Counted from the first letter of the stretch, positions 46,938 through 55,760 are shown. The stretch: 64,000 nt of DNA from an uncultured Candidatus Saccharibacteria bacterium (GCA_964473815.1 CAYYQK010000004.1:68493-132492); one strand, 5' to 3'. Notes: generated by a model not told the origin, from the sequence alone. Numbers and translations are program-made.

Positions 46938-47008
46938 CAGCCGCGCCTGATCAGTAAATTTTTTCCGTGAACTCAATTTTTTATCATCTTAAATTCGTCC
47001 CTCGCATC

Positions 47009-47037
47009 CGCCTTTCCGTCCTACGGAAGGTTTTTTC
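47009..47037 (+). terminator. intrinsic terminator
   Basis: cctttccgt-cct-acggaagg + T6. Confidence 0.55.
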
Positions 47038-47041
47038 ATTA

Positions 47042-48685
47042 ATGGGCCGACGCGAGAAAATGACGCTATTAGTGTTGTTGATTCTTACTGCAACCAGCGG
47101 TTTATTCACTGGCCGCCAAGTTTTGGCAAAGTATACAACTACAGTCGCTGCTAATGGTGGCACTTACCGCGAAGGATTAATTGGTCAGCCGCGGTTTATC
47201 AATCCCCTCCTCGCGACTACTGATACCGATCAGGCGATTGTAAAACTTGTTTACTCCGGGCTATATCGGTTAGATGCAGGGGGTGACGTAATTCCCGACT
47301 TGGCTGATGGTATGCCGCAAGTTTCGGAAGATGGTCAGGACTACACTGTGAAAATGAAAAGCAATGCCCAATGGCACGATGGCACGCCCGTCACAGCAGA
47401 CGACGTAGTTTTTACAATTCAGACCTTGCAGAATCCAGCTTTTAATAGTCCGCACCGAAGTGAGTGGGAGTCGACTACAGTTGAAAAAATCGACAACAAT
47501 ACGGTGAAGTTTCATTTGAAAGTTTCGTCTGCACCTTTTTTGAATAACCTAACCTTGCCTATTATTAGCAAAAAATATTGGGGCAATGTCTCCCCTGCTG
47601 ATTTTGTGTTGTCACAAGGCAATATTGAAGCAGTTGGCAATGGCCCTTATGTAATTAAAGAAGTGCGCAAGTTGGCGAAAGGAACAATTCAGGCTATAGA
47701 CTTGGAATCATTTCCAAATTGGCATAACCGCCGGGCGTACATCGACACAGTGAAGTTGAATTTTTATGATGACATCGAAGGTGTATTAACGGCCATTCAT
47801 GGTAAGCAAATTGATGGATTTGGTTTTAGTCCGTTCGACCAAAGCGTACGCTTGGATGAGTCAAACAATGAGTTGAATGTGACCCAGTTGCCGTTGCCAC
47901 AGTATCAGGCCGTATTTTTTAATACCAGTAAGCCGATTTTCGCAGATGTGAAAGTGCGTCAGGCTTTGCAAATGGGCACGGATATTAAAACTATTATCGA
48001 TACCGTTTACAACGGCCAGGGCCAACCTTTGAATGGGCCTATTTTGAGACAACATGTTGATGGTTTGCCTGATCCAGTGGTTCTATATAATGTCGATCAA
48101 GCTAAACAGAAACTGGAAGAAGCGGGTTGGAAGTTAGAGAATGGTGCTAGTGTCCGCAAAAAGAATGGAACTGAATTGAGTTTTACATTGTCAACAAATA
48201 ATTTTCCCTTGAACACCAAGACTGCAGAGTTGCTGGCCAACGAATGGTCGCAGCTCGGGGTAAAGGTGTCGTTGAATATTCAGCCAACGCGCGAGCTCAC
48301 CGACGGAGTTATCCGCCCTCGTAATTATGACGCCCTATTGTTCGCGCAAAAACTTGGTGTAGACCCTGATCCATTTTTATTCTGGCATTCTAGCCAGGTT
48401 AAAAATCCAGGATTGAATTTGTCTTTGTATCAAAATACTGCTGCTGACAAATTAATTTCTGAAGCGCGCGCCACAACTGATAAAACTCAACGCGATGAAA
48501 AATATCGCGAGTTTCAAAACTTAATTCAACTCGATGTTCCGGCAATCTTCCTAGTACAAAACGTATTCTCTTATGCGCAAATGGACAACATTAAAGGTTT
48601 GAGCATAAATAATCTGACTGACTCGACTGTGCGTTTCTATGATTTGCCGAATTGGTATTTGGATACGAAGCGCATTTTGAAATAA
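47042..48685 (+). CDS. ABC transporter substrate-binding protein, family 5 (Opp/Dpp-like)
   Basis: Signal peptide MTLLVLLILTATSG. SBP family-5 length and pattern (…LVYSGLYRLDAGGDVIPDLA…). The start between 46967, 47042 and 47060 is uncertain. Confidence 0.65.
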   Translation: MGRREKMTLLVLLILTATSGLFTGRQVLAKYTTTVAANGGTYREGLIGQPRFINPLLATTDTDQAIVKLVYSGLYRLDAGGDVIPDLADGMPQVSEDGQDYTVKMKSNAQWHDGTPVTADDVVFTIQTLQNPAFNSPHRSEWESTTVEKIDNNTVKFHLKVSSAPFLNNLTLPIISKKYWGNVSPADFVLSQGNIEAVGNGPYVIKEVRKLAKGTIQAIDLESFPNWHNRRAYIDTVKLNFYDDIEGVLTAIHGKQIDGFGFSPFDQSVRLDESNNELNVTQLPLPQYQAVFFNTSKPIFADVKVRQALQMGTDIKTIIDTVYNGQGQPLNGPILRQHVDGLPDPVVLYNVDQAKQKLEEAGWKLENGASVRKKNGTELSFTLSTNNFPLNTKTAELLANEWSQLGVKVSLNIQPTRELTDGVIRPRNYDALLFAQKLGVDPDPFLFWHSSQVKNPGLNLSLYQNTAADKLISEARATTDKTQRDEKYREFQNLIQLDVPAIFLVQNVFSYAQMDNIKGLSINNLTDSTVRFYDLPNWYLDTKRILK

Positions 48686-48715
48686 TTGCGGCCGGCTATT
48701 GGCCGTGCACAACTT

Positions 48716-48802
48716 GCCGCGGTGGTGAAATTGGCATACACGTACGCTTCAGGTGCGTATGACCGCAAGGTCGTGAGGGTTCAAGTCCCTCCCGCGGCAC
48801 CA
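48716..48802 (+). tRNA. tRNA-Leu (anticodon CAG), long variable arm, CCA encoded
   Basis: Acceptor gccgcgg/ccgcggc, anticodon stem tacgc/gcgta with loop uuCAGgu, variable arm atgaccgcaaggtcgtg, T-arm agggttcaagtccct, then a-cca. Confidence 0.85.
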
Positions 48803-48814
48803 TCTAAATAAATC

Positions 48815-48848
48815 AAAAACCGCCGGTGTGGCGGTTTTATATTTTTAC
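48815..48848. terminator. bidirectional intrinsic terminator
   Basis: accgccggtgtggcggt + TTTTATATTTTT; A-tract upstream serves the convergent minus-strand gene. Confidence 0.7.
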
Positions 48849-49178
48849 TCCCTGACTTTTCAGATGTAGCTTTATTTTTTCTACGTCTTTCATGGTTGCT
48901 CGGATATCTTCGTCTGATCGTTTATCTAATTTAGTGACCTTATCTTTCACATCTTTCAAATCGATTTTGATTTCAGCTATCTCACCATCAACACGTGCGA
49001 ACCTAAAGTTCATTTCACTGCGCAATTCCGCAAGTTCTGCCTTGGTAGCGAGACCCTTCAAGTCGTCCTTTGTGGCCAGGCCCTTCAAGTCTTTTTTAGT
49101 GGCAAGACTTTTGAGTTCATCTTTGGTCGCGAGGGTCGCGAATTGCTCTATTAAAAATTCGGTAAGTTCTTTGTCCAT
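48837..49178 (-). CDS. coiled-coil protein with tandem 9-aa (27-bp) repeats LATK(D/K)(D/E)LKG
   Basis: …LATKDELKSLATKKDLKGLATKDDLKGLATKAELAEL… Extended -10 TGaTATAAT lies 6 nt before the ATG. Confidence 0.5.
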   Translation of the reverse strand: MDKELTEFLIEQFATLATKDELKSLATKKDLKGLATKDDLKGLATKAELAELRSEMNFRFARVDGEIAEIKIDLKDVKDKVTKLDKRSDEDIRATMKDVEKIKLHLKSQGVKI

Positions 49179-49281
49179 AAATTAATTATATCATGGTGTC
49201 TAGTGAGGTCTGAGATAAAGTTTTACTGAATTTTTAAAGTCGAATTTATGGCTTATTTATAAGAGATTTGGTAATTTTTAT

Positions 49282-49311
49282 TTGACAAACTTCCCTGCCT
49301 CGTGCTATAAT
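49282..49311 (+). promoter_or_regulatory. consensus sigma70 promoter TTGACA-18-TATAAT upstream of rnj
   Basis: TTGACAaacttccctgcctcgtgcTATAAT. About 170-nt leader before the annotated rnj start. Confidence 0.65.
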
Positions 49312-49482
49312 CAATTTACAGTTTTCAAATGGCTGTTTATGTGCCGACAACAAGTCGGTTCAAACGTAAGCTCACATTTGGCAATTGTGACCAGAAAGGC
49401 GGCCCCGGAAGCCACTTTCCTCACAGAAATAAATATCAATTAAATAGGTTTTTGTATTGCCGCAAATTCCTGAACAAGAAAT

Positions 49483-51303
49483 ATGATAAGAAAACCTCTC
49501 GGGTCGAGTACCCGACCGGCGCGCCGAGTACCAACTTCAGGCTCTCGCCCCGCGCCCCGCTCAGTTGCTGACCGCGGCACAGATCGCGCTAATAGCCGTA
49601 TCACCGCTCCAACTGGCAACTCCAAAGCGACTTTGTCGCGCAACGTTCTTCGCGTAATCCCGCTCGGCGGTCTTGAAGAAGTCGGTGCCAACATGATGGC
49701 TTATGAATACGGCGATGACATTATCATCGTTGATGCTGGTTTTGCGTTTCCAGACGAAACCACTCCTGGTATTGACTACATCATCCCGGAAACAAAATAT
49801 TTGGAAGATCGCAAGAAAAATATTCGCGCGATGTTCATCACTCATGGACACATGGACCACATTGGTGCTATTCCCTACTTGCTTGCTAAGCTAGGTGATC
49901 CTCCAATTTACACCATGACTTTGTCTGCGGGTATGATCAAAAAGCGTTTGGAAGAATTTAACTTGCAAGGCCGCGTAAAGTTAAACGCGTTAAGCGTTGA
50001 TGACATGGTTCCTGCTGGAAATTTCCAAGTACGATTTTTCTCTGTGAACCACAACATTCCAGATTCTGTAGGTCTATCTATTAATACACCGATTGGTCAG
50101 ATCATTCACACTGGTGACTGGAAATTTGACCACACTCCAATTAACGAACGCGTCACCGACTTCCACCGCATTGCTACTTTTGGTAGCCAAGGTGTGCTGG
50201 CTTTGATGTCAGACTCTACCAACGCAACCAAACCTGGTTACTGTTTGTCTGAGCGTGAAATTGGAACTAGCATCGAACGAATTTTCTCCGAAAGCAAAGG
50301 CCGCATTATTTTTGCGAGCTTCTCTTCGTTGATTTCACGTATGCAACAAGTTATGGACTTTGCTGCCCAGCACAATCGTAAAGTGATTGTTACTGGTCGC
50401 TCTATGGTTAATACTCTAGAAACTGCGCTATCACTTGGATACCTCAAAATTCAGCCAAAAATTATTATCAAATCTGAACAAGCGAGTAAATATCCTGATA
50501 ACCAAATTCTGGTGTTAACCACAGGTGCGCAAGGTGAAGAAGCCTCACAGCTGGCCCGCATGTCGCGTGGCGAACATCGCTCTATTAAAATCAAAAAGGG
50601 TGATACAGTAGTGATTTCTTCATCCCCTATTCCTGGTAATGAACGCTCGATTGTGGCGGTTTTAGACAACTTAACTCGCCAAGGCGCAACTGTTATTTAC
50701 AACAAAGTTTTGGACATTCACACCTCTGGGCACGCTCAGCAGGAAGAATTAAAGATGATGATGCAGTTAACCAAGCCAAAATATTTTGTTCCGATTCATG
50801 GTGAGCACCACATGTTGGCTGCGCACTCGAAGTTGGCGCAAAGCATTGGTCTTGCCGAAAATAACTGTTTTGTTTTGGAAAATGGCTCGGTATTAGAATT
50901 TAATGCTAATGGCGAAGCTAAAGTCTTAAATGAAAAAGTTGAATCCGGTTACGTCTTCGTTGACGGTTTGGGTGTTGGTGATGTTGGTGAAGTTGTAATT
51001 CGCGATCGTCAGGTAATGGCACAAGATGGAATGTTTGTAATTATTTCTACGGTTGATCGTAGCAATGGTAAGCTAACTTCCCCACCAGAAATTCTGTCGC
51101 GTGGATTCGTGTATATGAAAAACAATGATGATCTCATTCGTGAAGTTAAACACGAAATTCGCAAGATGATCGAAAATACTGGGGGCAAAGGTGAAGCGAA
51201 CTATGCGGACATTCGTCAGCAGATTCGCGACAGCGTTGGCGAATATCTTTTCCAAAAGACTCAGCGTCGTCCAATGATCCTGCCAGTTATTATTGAAGTT
51301 TAA
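49483..51303 (+). CDS. rnj: ribonuclease J (metallo-β-lactamase / β-CASP) with an Arg/Pro/Ser-rich N-terminal extension
   Basis: IPLGGLEEVGANMMAYEYGDD N-terminus, HGHMDHIGAIPYL zinc motif, β-CASP and C-terminal domains. About 60-aa low-complexity GC-rich N-terminal region; true start uncertain. Confidence 0.8.
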   Translation: MIRKPLGSSTRPARRVPTSGSRPAPRSVADRGTDRANSRITAPTGNSKATLSRNVLRVIPLGGLEEVGANMMAYEYGDDIIIVDAGFAFPDETTPGIDYIIPETKYLEDRKKNIRAMFITHGHMDHIGAIPYLLAKLGDPPIYTMTLSAGMIKKRLEEFNLQGRVKLNALSVDDMVPAGNFQVRFFSVNHNIPDSVGLSINTPIGQIIHTGDWKFDHTPINERVTDFHRIATFGSQGVLALMSDSTNATKPGYCLSEREIGTSIERIFSESKGRIIFASFSSLISRMQQVMDFAAQHNRKVIVTGRSMVNTLETALSLGYLKIQPKIIIKSEQASKYPDNQILVLTTGAQGEEASQLARMSRGEHRSIKIKKGDTVVISSSPIPGNERSIVAVLDNLTRQGATVIYNKVLDIHTSGHAQQEELKMMMQLTKPKYFVPIHGEHHMLAAHSKLAQSIGLAENNCFVLENGSVLEFNANGEAKVLNEKVESGYVFVDGLGVGDVGEVVIRDRQVMAQDGMFVIISTVDRSNGKLTSPPEILSRGFVYMKNNDDLIREVKHEIRKMIENTGGKGEANYADIRQQIRDSVGEYLFQKTQRRPMILPVIIEV

Positions 51304-51419
51304 TTGATAGGCGGAAAAGTTTTCCGCCCTTCAAGTGCACATCAAGAAAGTTTATTGTACTTACTAGTTCGCAAAATTATTGATAGAGACTGAAGTAAAA
51401 CAAAGGCTTTCACAAAAAG

Positions 51420-51470
51420 AAGAGCGGCGGACAACATTTGCAAATTGCAATTGTTGCCGCCGCTTTTTTG
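51420..51470. terminator. bidirectional intrinsic terminator (long GC-clamped hairpin)
   Basis: gcggcggacaacatttgcaaattgcaattgttgccgccgc flanked by an A-tract and a T-tract, giving U-tracts in both orientations. Confidence 0.7.
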
Positions 51471-51473
51471 TTA

Positions 51474-51671
51474 TTAGCGATCGAAGCCATGACGGTGTTC
51501 GAATCCGTAACTATCCTCCTGAAGATCCGGGACAGAACCTGCGCCGGCGTATGCATTCCCAGACATGGGGCAAACCTCAGACGAGGTGGAACTGACATCG
51601 TGGTTCTCGACTGTGTCGTCCGGTCTCAAGGAAGTTCGATTACCGCATTGCGGACATGTAACATTTCTCAT
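51474..51671 (-). CDS. small Cys-motif protein, paralog C (65 aa)
   Basis: ACGGAG-5-ATG. MRNVTCPQCGNRTSLRPDDTVENH… shares the CxxCG-x5/6-RPDxTVExH block with paralog A; the codon differences are synonymous (AGG/AGA, CCT/CCG, GAT/GAC, ACC/ACA, GTG/GTC, GAA/GAG, CAT/CAC). 14 nt after the stop of paralog B. Confidence 0.6.
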   Translation of the reverse strand: MRNVTCPQCGNRTSLRPDDTVENHDVSSTSSEVCPMSGNAYAGAGSVPDLQEDSYGFEHRHGFDR

Positions 51672-51685
51672 ATGCACTCCGTTGT

Positions 51686-51868
51686 TTAATGGTTTTCATC
51701 AAGGATGCGCAAGGCGAAAAAATCTTCGCCACCCAAGCAACACGGTTTGTTATCACTTGGTTGCGGATGCGGTGGAATGGTTGCGGATTTTTTATCATCC
51801 TCAACGTGAATATCGAGATTCAAGATCTCGGTACAAAACAGGCTCGGACAATCTCTTTGTTCAATCAT
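51686..51868 (-). CDS. small Cys-motif protein, paralog B (60 aa)
   Basis: GAGAGGGGAT-aaat-ATG. MIEQRDCPSLFCTEILNLDIHVEDD…NKPCCLGGE… shares NKPC with paralog A. Internal start chosen (the ORF track extends to 51931). Confidence 0.5.
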   Translation of the reverse strand: MIEQRDCPSLFCTEILNLDIHVEDDKKSATIPPHPQPSDNKPCCLGGEDFFALRILDENH

Positions 51869-51893
51869 ATTTATCCCCTCTCTAAATGTAGAA

Positions 51894-52106
51894 CTAGAAT
51901 GGCTCGCCACCAGGTGACGGCTGTGCGTCACACGGAGGCATTGAATTGACCCCTTGTATTGCTAACTCGGCTGAGTTCGCCGGATTTTTCTTTCGACCAT
52001 CACACGGTTTGTTGTTACGCTGATCGAGATGCTCTTCCACGGTTTGATCAGGCCTAACACTCAACCCGTTCTTACCGCACACTGCACAGACTCCTAAATA
52101 GGCCAT
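51894..52106 (-). CDS. small Cys-motif protein, paralog A (70 aa)
   Basis: AAGGGGGT-7-ATG. MAYLGVCAVCGKNGLSVRPDQTVEEHLDQRNNKPCDGRKK…PPCDAQP. First gene of a three-gene operon. Confidence 0.6.
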   Translation of the reverse strand: MAYLGVCAVCGKNGLSVRPDQTVEEHLDQRNNKPCDGRKKNPANSAELAIQGVNSMPPCDAQPSPGGEPF

Positions 52107-52121
52107 GGTGTCTACCCCCTT

Positions 52122-52139
52122 TGGTGAATTTATTCACCA
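52122..52139. promoter_or_regulatory. 18-bp perfect palindrome TGGTGAAT-TT-ATTCACCA (candidate operator) at the TSS of the small-protein operon and over the -35 of trpS
   Basis: Minus-strand promoter: TTGACA is the reverse complement of 52163-52168, then an 18-nt spacer, then TAAACT as the reverse complement of 52139-52144. The palindrome starts at the -10 and covers the predicted TSS. Confidence 0.5.
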
Positions 52140-52169
52140 GTTTAGCTGATTTTATGCTAAAATGTCAAC

Positions 52170-53123
52170 ATGGAAACAATACTTTCAGGCGTTCAGGCCA
52201 CAGGCCGAATGCATATCGGTAACTATTTGGGGGCGCTGAAGCAATTCGTAGACATTCAAAATGAAGGCAAATTGCAATGCTATTTTTTCGTCGCTGATTT
52301 ACACGCCTTAACTGTGCCGCGCGAACCAAAAAAACTTCGCCAGGATACTTTAGAAGTGGTGGCAGAATATATTGCTGCTGGTCTCGACCCAAAAAAGTCA
52401 GTAATTTTTATCCAAAATCATGTTTTAGAACATGCTGAACTGGCTTGGATTTTTGATTGTCTCATTTCGGTTGGGGAACTCGAACGAATGACTCAGTTTA
52501 AAGACAAGGGCGGCGGCAATGCTGGCTTACTCACCTATCCGGTTCTTATGGCAGCTGACATTTTATTATACAAACCAAACTTTGTGCCAGTTGGTGAAGA
52601 CCAGGTGCAACATATTGAACTCACTCGCATCATTGCGCGTAAGTTTAACAATCAATTTGGAAAAGTTTTCCCAGAACCAAAACCTTTTGTCCGCAAACCT
52701 CTGCGCTTAATGAGCCTGAAAAATCCATCAAAGAAGATGAGCAAGACTGGCGATGATCCCATTTACATGGACGACACGCCAAGCGATGTTGAAGCAAAGT
52801 TAAAAAAAGCCGTGACTGCAAGCGGCGGTGAAGGTGGCGCAGGTGTAGAAAATTTGATGTTCCTTCTCGAACAATTCGGCAGCAAAGAAAATGTTGGCCA
52901 ATTCCGCGGAGCAATTAAGGACGGTTCAATTCGCTATAGCGATTTAAAGATGGAACTCGCCCACTCAATTGCTGATTACTTTGCAGACTTCCGTAAGCGC
53001 AAAAAAGAATTGCTCAATGATAAAGCTGGGTTGGCAGAAATTCTGGCAGATGGCGCAGAGCGAGCCCGGGAGATCGCCCACGAAACAATGCTTGAAGTCA
53101 AACAAAAAACCGGCCTGCTATAA
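52170..53123 (+). CDS. trpS: tryptophanyl-tRNA synthetase
   Basis: TGRMHIGNYLGAL (HIGH-type) and KMSKTGDD (KMSKS). TGcTAAAAT lies 6 nt before the ATG. Confidence 0.9.
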   Translation: METILSGVQATGRMHIGNYLGALKQFVDIQNEGKLQCYFFVADLHALTVPREPKKLRQDTLEVVAEYIAAGLDPKKSVIFIQNHVLEHAELAWIFDCLISVGELERMTQFKDKGGGNAGLLTYPVLMAADILLYKPNFVPVGEDQVQHIELTRIIARKFNNQFGKVFPEPKPFVRKPLRLMSLKNPSKKMSKTGDDPIYMDDTPSDVEAKLKKAVTASGGEGGAGVENLMFLLEQFGSKENVGQFRGAIKDGSIRYSDLKMELAHSIADYFADFRKRKKELLNDKAGLAEILADGAERAREIAHETMLEVKQKTGLL

Positions 53124-53149
53124 GCAAGTCGGTTTTTCAATATCTATAA

Positions 53150-53608
53150 TTAAATTGCTGTTGCCGGAGGAGTCGGAGTGCTGATTGGAGCTACTGGTGT
53201 TCCCACTTCTTTAAATGCCAGGAAGTAAAGCATTATCAAATTGATCGGACTGATCAGCATGAGAAGTGCCCACCACCATGGACGATTGCGAACTTCAGCA
53301 ATTTTCATCCAGATCCAGAAAATTACACCAATATTAACCAGTGGCACGAACATGGCTAGGATCCACCAGTACGACTGACGGATAATGTTTAGCATTAAGA
53401 AAATATTAGCAATCGGAATCCAAGCGAGCCAAGGGTTTGGTGTATTGGTTTTCTTGGCGATTTCTTGCAGGCAGTAAGCCGAGTATAAATAAATGGCTAA
53501 AATTATTACTACAAATACTAGTACCGCTACAGGGCTCATGGGTGTAGAAGTAGTTGTTGATACATTTGGACTAACTACACTAGAATAGTCGATTGAATTA
53601 TCCGGCAT
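53150..53608 (-). CDS. hypothetical membrane protein (DUF5684-like pattern)
   Basis: Ser/Thr/Pro-rich N-terminus, then helices with NPWLAWIPIANIF…WWIL…NRPWWWALL. Confidence 0.4.
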   Translation of the reverse strand: MPDNSIDYSSVVSPNVSTTTSTPMSPVAVLVFVVIILAIYLYSAYCLQEIAKKTNTPNPWLAWIPIANIFLMLNIIRQSYWWILAMFVPLVNIGVIFWIWMKIAEVRNRPWWWALLMLISPINLIMLYFLAFKEVGTPVAPISTPTPPATAI

Positions 53609-53660
53609 GATTTTTTATTGATTTAATTAATTACCTCTTAATTATAGCAGATTTTAAATA

Positions 53661-55031
53661 TTAGTTGCGAATGATTGCCAAAATTTCATCACGCTTGGAT
53701 TCCATAATAGAAGGATCTTTGGCTTCCACAATCAGACGAATCAACGGCTCAGTGTTTGAGGCTCGGACTGAAAACCAATAATCTGGATATGAAACCTTAA
53801 CGCCATCGATAGTGACCTGATGACCATCGCTATATTTCTCTTTGATCTCTTCAACTTTTGCATCAACTTCTTCACAACTAGCGACTTTAGTATTCACTTC
53901 CCCGCTCGATACATAACGTTTGTAGTGTGCGACTATTTCTGAAAGCGGTTTATCTTGCTGTGACAACCAGGCCAACAATTTGATTACCAATAAAGTAGGA
54001 GCTTCGTAAGTTCCCCATGGCAAACGGAAAAAATAATGGCCGGAAATTTCGCCACCAAATACAGCATTGTGCTTTACCATGTAACTTTTGATAATCGAGT
54101 GGCCAACCGGTGTTTCTACAAGAGTTGAATTTGGAAATTCTTCGGGAATTAAATTGCCCAAACGGATTTCGTACGCCAACGGGTCGCTTGGATTTTCTTC
54201 TGCTTCAATATGTGCAATGATTGTATACAAAATTGGTGAAGGAACTGTTTCCCCTTTTTCATCAATGACGAATACACGATCACTGTCGCCATCGCTGGCA
54301 ATACCTAGGTTCGCCTGTTCGACGACTACACGCTTACGGAGGTCTTCGGTATTTTCAGGCTTGAGCGGGTCAGCTTCATGAGCAGGAAAAGTACCATCAA
54401 GTTCAAAATTCATTTTTATAAACTCGCCAGGAATATGATTAAATAATGCGCCGTAGTCAGTCACGCCCATCGCGTTAGCAGTGTCGATGACAATCTTGAA
54501 CGGTTTAATTTCCGGATTCTTGGCAAACTTCAAAAATTCTGGGATAGCAATTTCTTCCACTTGGTTTTTAACTTCCAAAGTCCCTTGGGTTTCTGCGAGA
54601 GGTTCAAAATCTTCTTCTAAAATTTGTCGGCGCATCTCATAAATACCGCTATCCCCGCCTACGGCAATTCCTTTTTGCCGAACCATTTTAAAACCATTGT
54701 ATTCAGCCGGGTTGTGCGATGCAGAAACTTGCACACCGCCATCTAAATTAAAATAACCAATTGCAAAATAGTAAGTCGGCGTAGAAATTGTGCCAACATC
54801 AACAACATTAATACCACTATCACGCAAACCTTTAATAATTTGCTCCTTGAGCGCTGGAGTGGAAATGCGCATATCCCCACCAACACCAATGGTTAGTTGG
54901 CGACCGGGATTTTCGCGGATCATTAAAGTGGCGAAAGAGCGGCCAATTGCGTAAGCGCCGGTTTCATCAATTTGAGTCGGATAAACAGCGCGAATATCGT
55001 AAGCTTTGAAAATACTTGGTTCTATCTGCAT
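53661..55031 (-). CDS. phosphohexomutase (phosphoglucomutase/phosphomannomutase)
   Basis: Active-site SASHNPAEYNGFK, metal loop ASDGDSDR, sugar-binding GGEISGH. Confidence 0.85.
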   Translation of the reverse strand: MQIEPSIFKAYDIRAVYPTQIDETGAYAIGRSFATLMIRENPGRQLTIGVGGDMRISTPALKEQIIKGLRDSGINVVDVGTISTPTYYFAIGYFNLDGGVQVSASHNPAEYNGFKMVRQKGIAVGGDSGIYEMRRQILEEDFEPLAETQGTLEVKNQVEEIAIPEFLKFAKNPEIKPFKIVIDTANAMGVTDYGALFNHIPGEFIKMNFELDGTFPAHEADPLKPENTEDLRKRVVVEQANLGIASDGDSDRVFVIDEKGETVPSPILYTIIAHIEAEENPSDPLAYEIRLGNLIPEEFPNSTLVETPVGHSIIKSYMVKHNAVFGGEISGHYFFRLPWGTYEAPTLLVIKLLAWLSQQDKPLSEIVAHYKRYVSSGEVNTKVASCEEVDAKVEEIKEKYSDGHQVTIDGVKVSYPDYWFSVRASNTEPLIRLIVEAKDPSIMESKRDEILAIIRN

Positions 55032-55055
55032 AAATTCCTTTCTGTAAAAAGTATA

Positions 55056-55095
55056 GCAAAAATAAAATCGGCTGGCACAAGGGCGGCCAGCCGAT
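55056..55095 (-). terminator. intrinsic terminator after the 55119 gene
   Basis: atcggctggc…gccagccgat 10-bp stem, followed on the minus strand by UUUAUUUUUG. A TATACT -10 for pgm follows. Confidence 0.55.
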
Positions 55096-55118
55096 CGGAA
55101 AAACTTTGAAACTTTGTA

Positions 55119-55346
55119 TTACTGCGCGACGAGCGCACGGACCTCAGGCACTGTGAAGGCCTGACTAAAGCCGGTGTCGGTTTTGAGCACAATGCTCTCC
55201 CGATCGGCGCCCAGATGCGATGCCCGGAAAAATCGGGACGCTCGTATATTTGGGAGGAGTTGCTTTGCTGATACTTCCCCGTCGGGAATTTGCCGACCGA
55301 GATCTATCATGTGGAGGTTAGTTAACTGCGCGAGATTTGATCCCAT
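55119..55346 (-). CDS. hypothetical protein (GC-rich islet)
   Basis: AGAGGAAAA SD region, own terminator, GC above local background; no family recognised. Confidence 0.35.
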   Translation of the reverse strand: MGSNLAQLTNLHMIDLGRQIPDGEVSAKQLLPNIRASRFFRASHLGADRESIVLKTDTGFSQAFTVPEVRALVAQ

Positions 55347-55479
55347 ACAAAAGTTTTCCTCTTTATTTATATAGATTCAGCTCCAAAATTGAGCTGCAGA
55401 TCTCACTATACAATAAATTTGGATAAATGTAAAGGCCCTCCACGTAAATCATGTGGAAGGCCTTCCTGCTAAACGCGTC

Positions 55480-55644
55480 TCAACGACGCTTATTAAAACC
55501 TGCTGTTGGGGTAGAATGAATGTCTCGTTCGGCCATGAACCTTAGCTGTCGCTGCTTCCATTTATTGCGTGGTTTTTGCGGCATGTTTGTATAGGGCTGT
55601 TTTGGTTCGCGTTCATCCTTTTCTACCACAGGTCTCTTTGGCAT
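55480..55644 (-). CDS. small basic protein (54 aa)
   Basis: AAGGAG-7-ATG at MPKRPVVEKDEREPKQ…; Lys/Arg/Pro-rich. The ORF-track N-terminal extension is rejected. Confidence 0.45.
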   Translation of the reverse strand: MPKRPVVEKDEREPKQPYTNMPQKPRNKWKQRQLRFMAERDIHSTPTAGFNKRR

Positions 55645-55760
55645 ATACTTCTCCTTCAGTTTGGGTTGGGATTCAATCAGTGTCTGATTGCCAGGGCGAC
55701 AATCAGAACCAAATATATCAAATCTAGCCAAAAACGTCCAGTTCGGCTACAATAAAGGCT

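Noticed and set aside
48990-49140. Tandem 27-bp DNA repeats that might be taken for a CRISPR-like array
   Set aside because: The repeats are directly adjacent with no spacers, lie in frame within an ORF, and encode LATKDDLKG repeats. This is coding tandem duplication, not CRISPR.
51380-51949. Plus-strand ORFs in the rnj-trpS intergenic region (51380..51595, 51438..51689, 51565..51885, 51689..51949)
   Set aside because: They run through the bidirectional terminator and have no SDs. The paralog conservation with synonymous codon changes is in the minus-strand frames, so the minus-strand triplet is the coding set.
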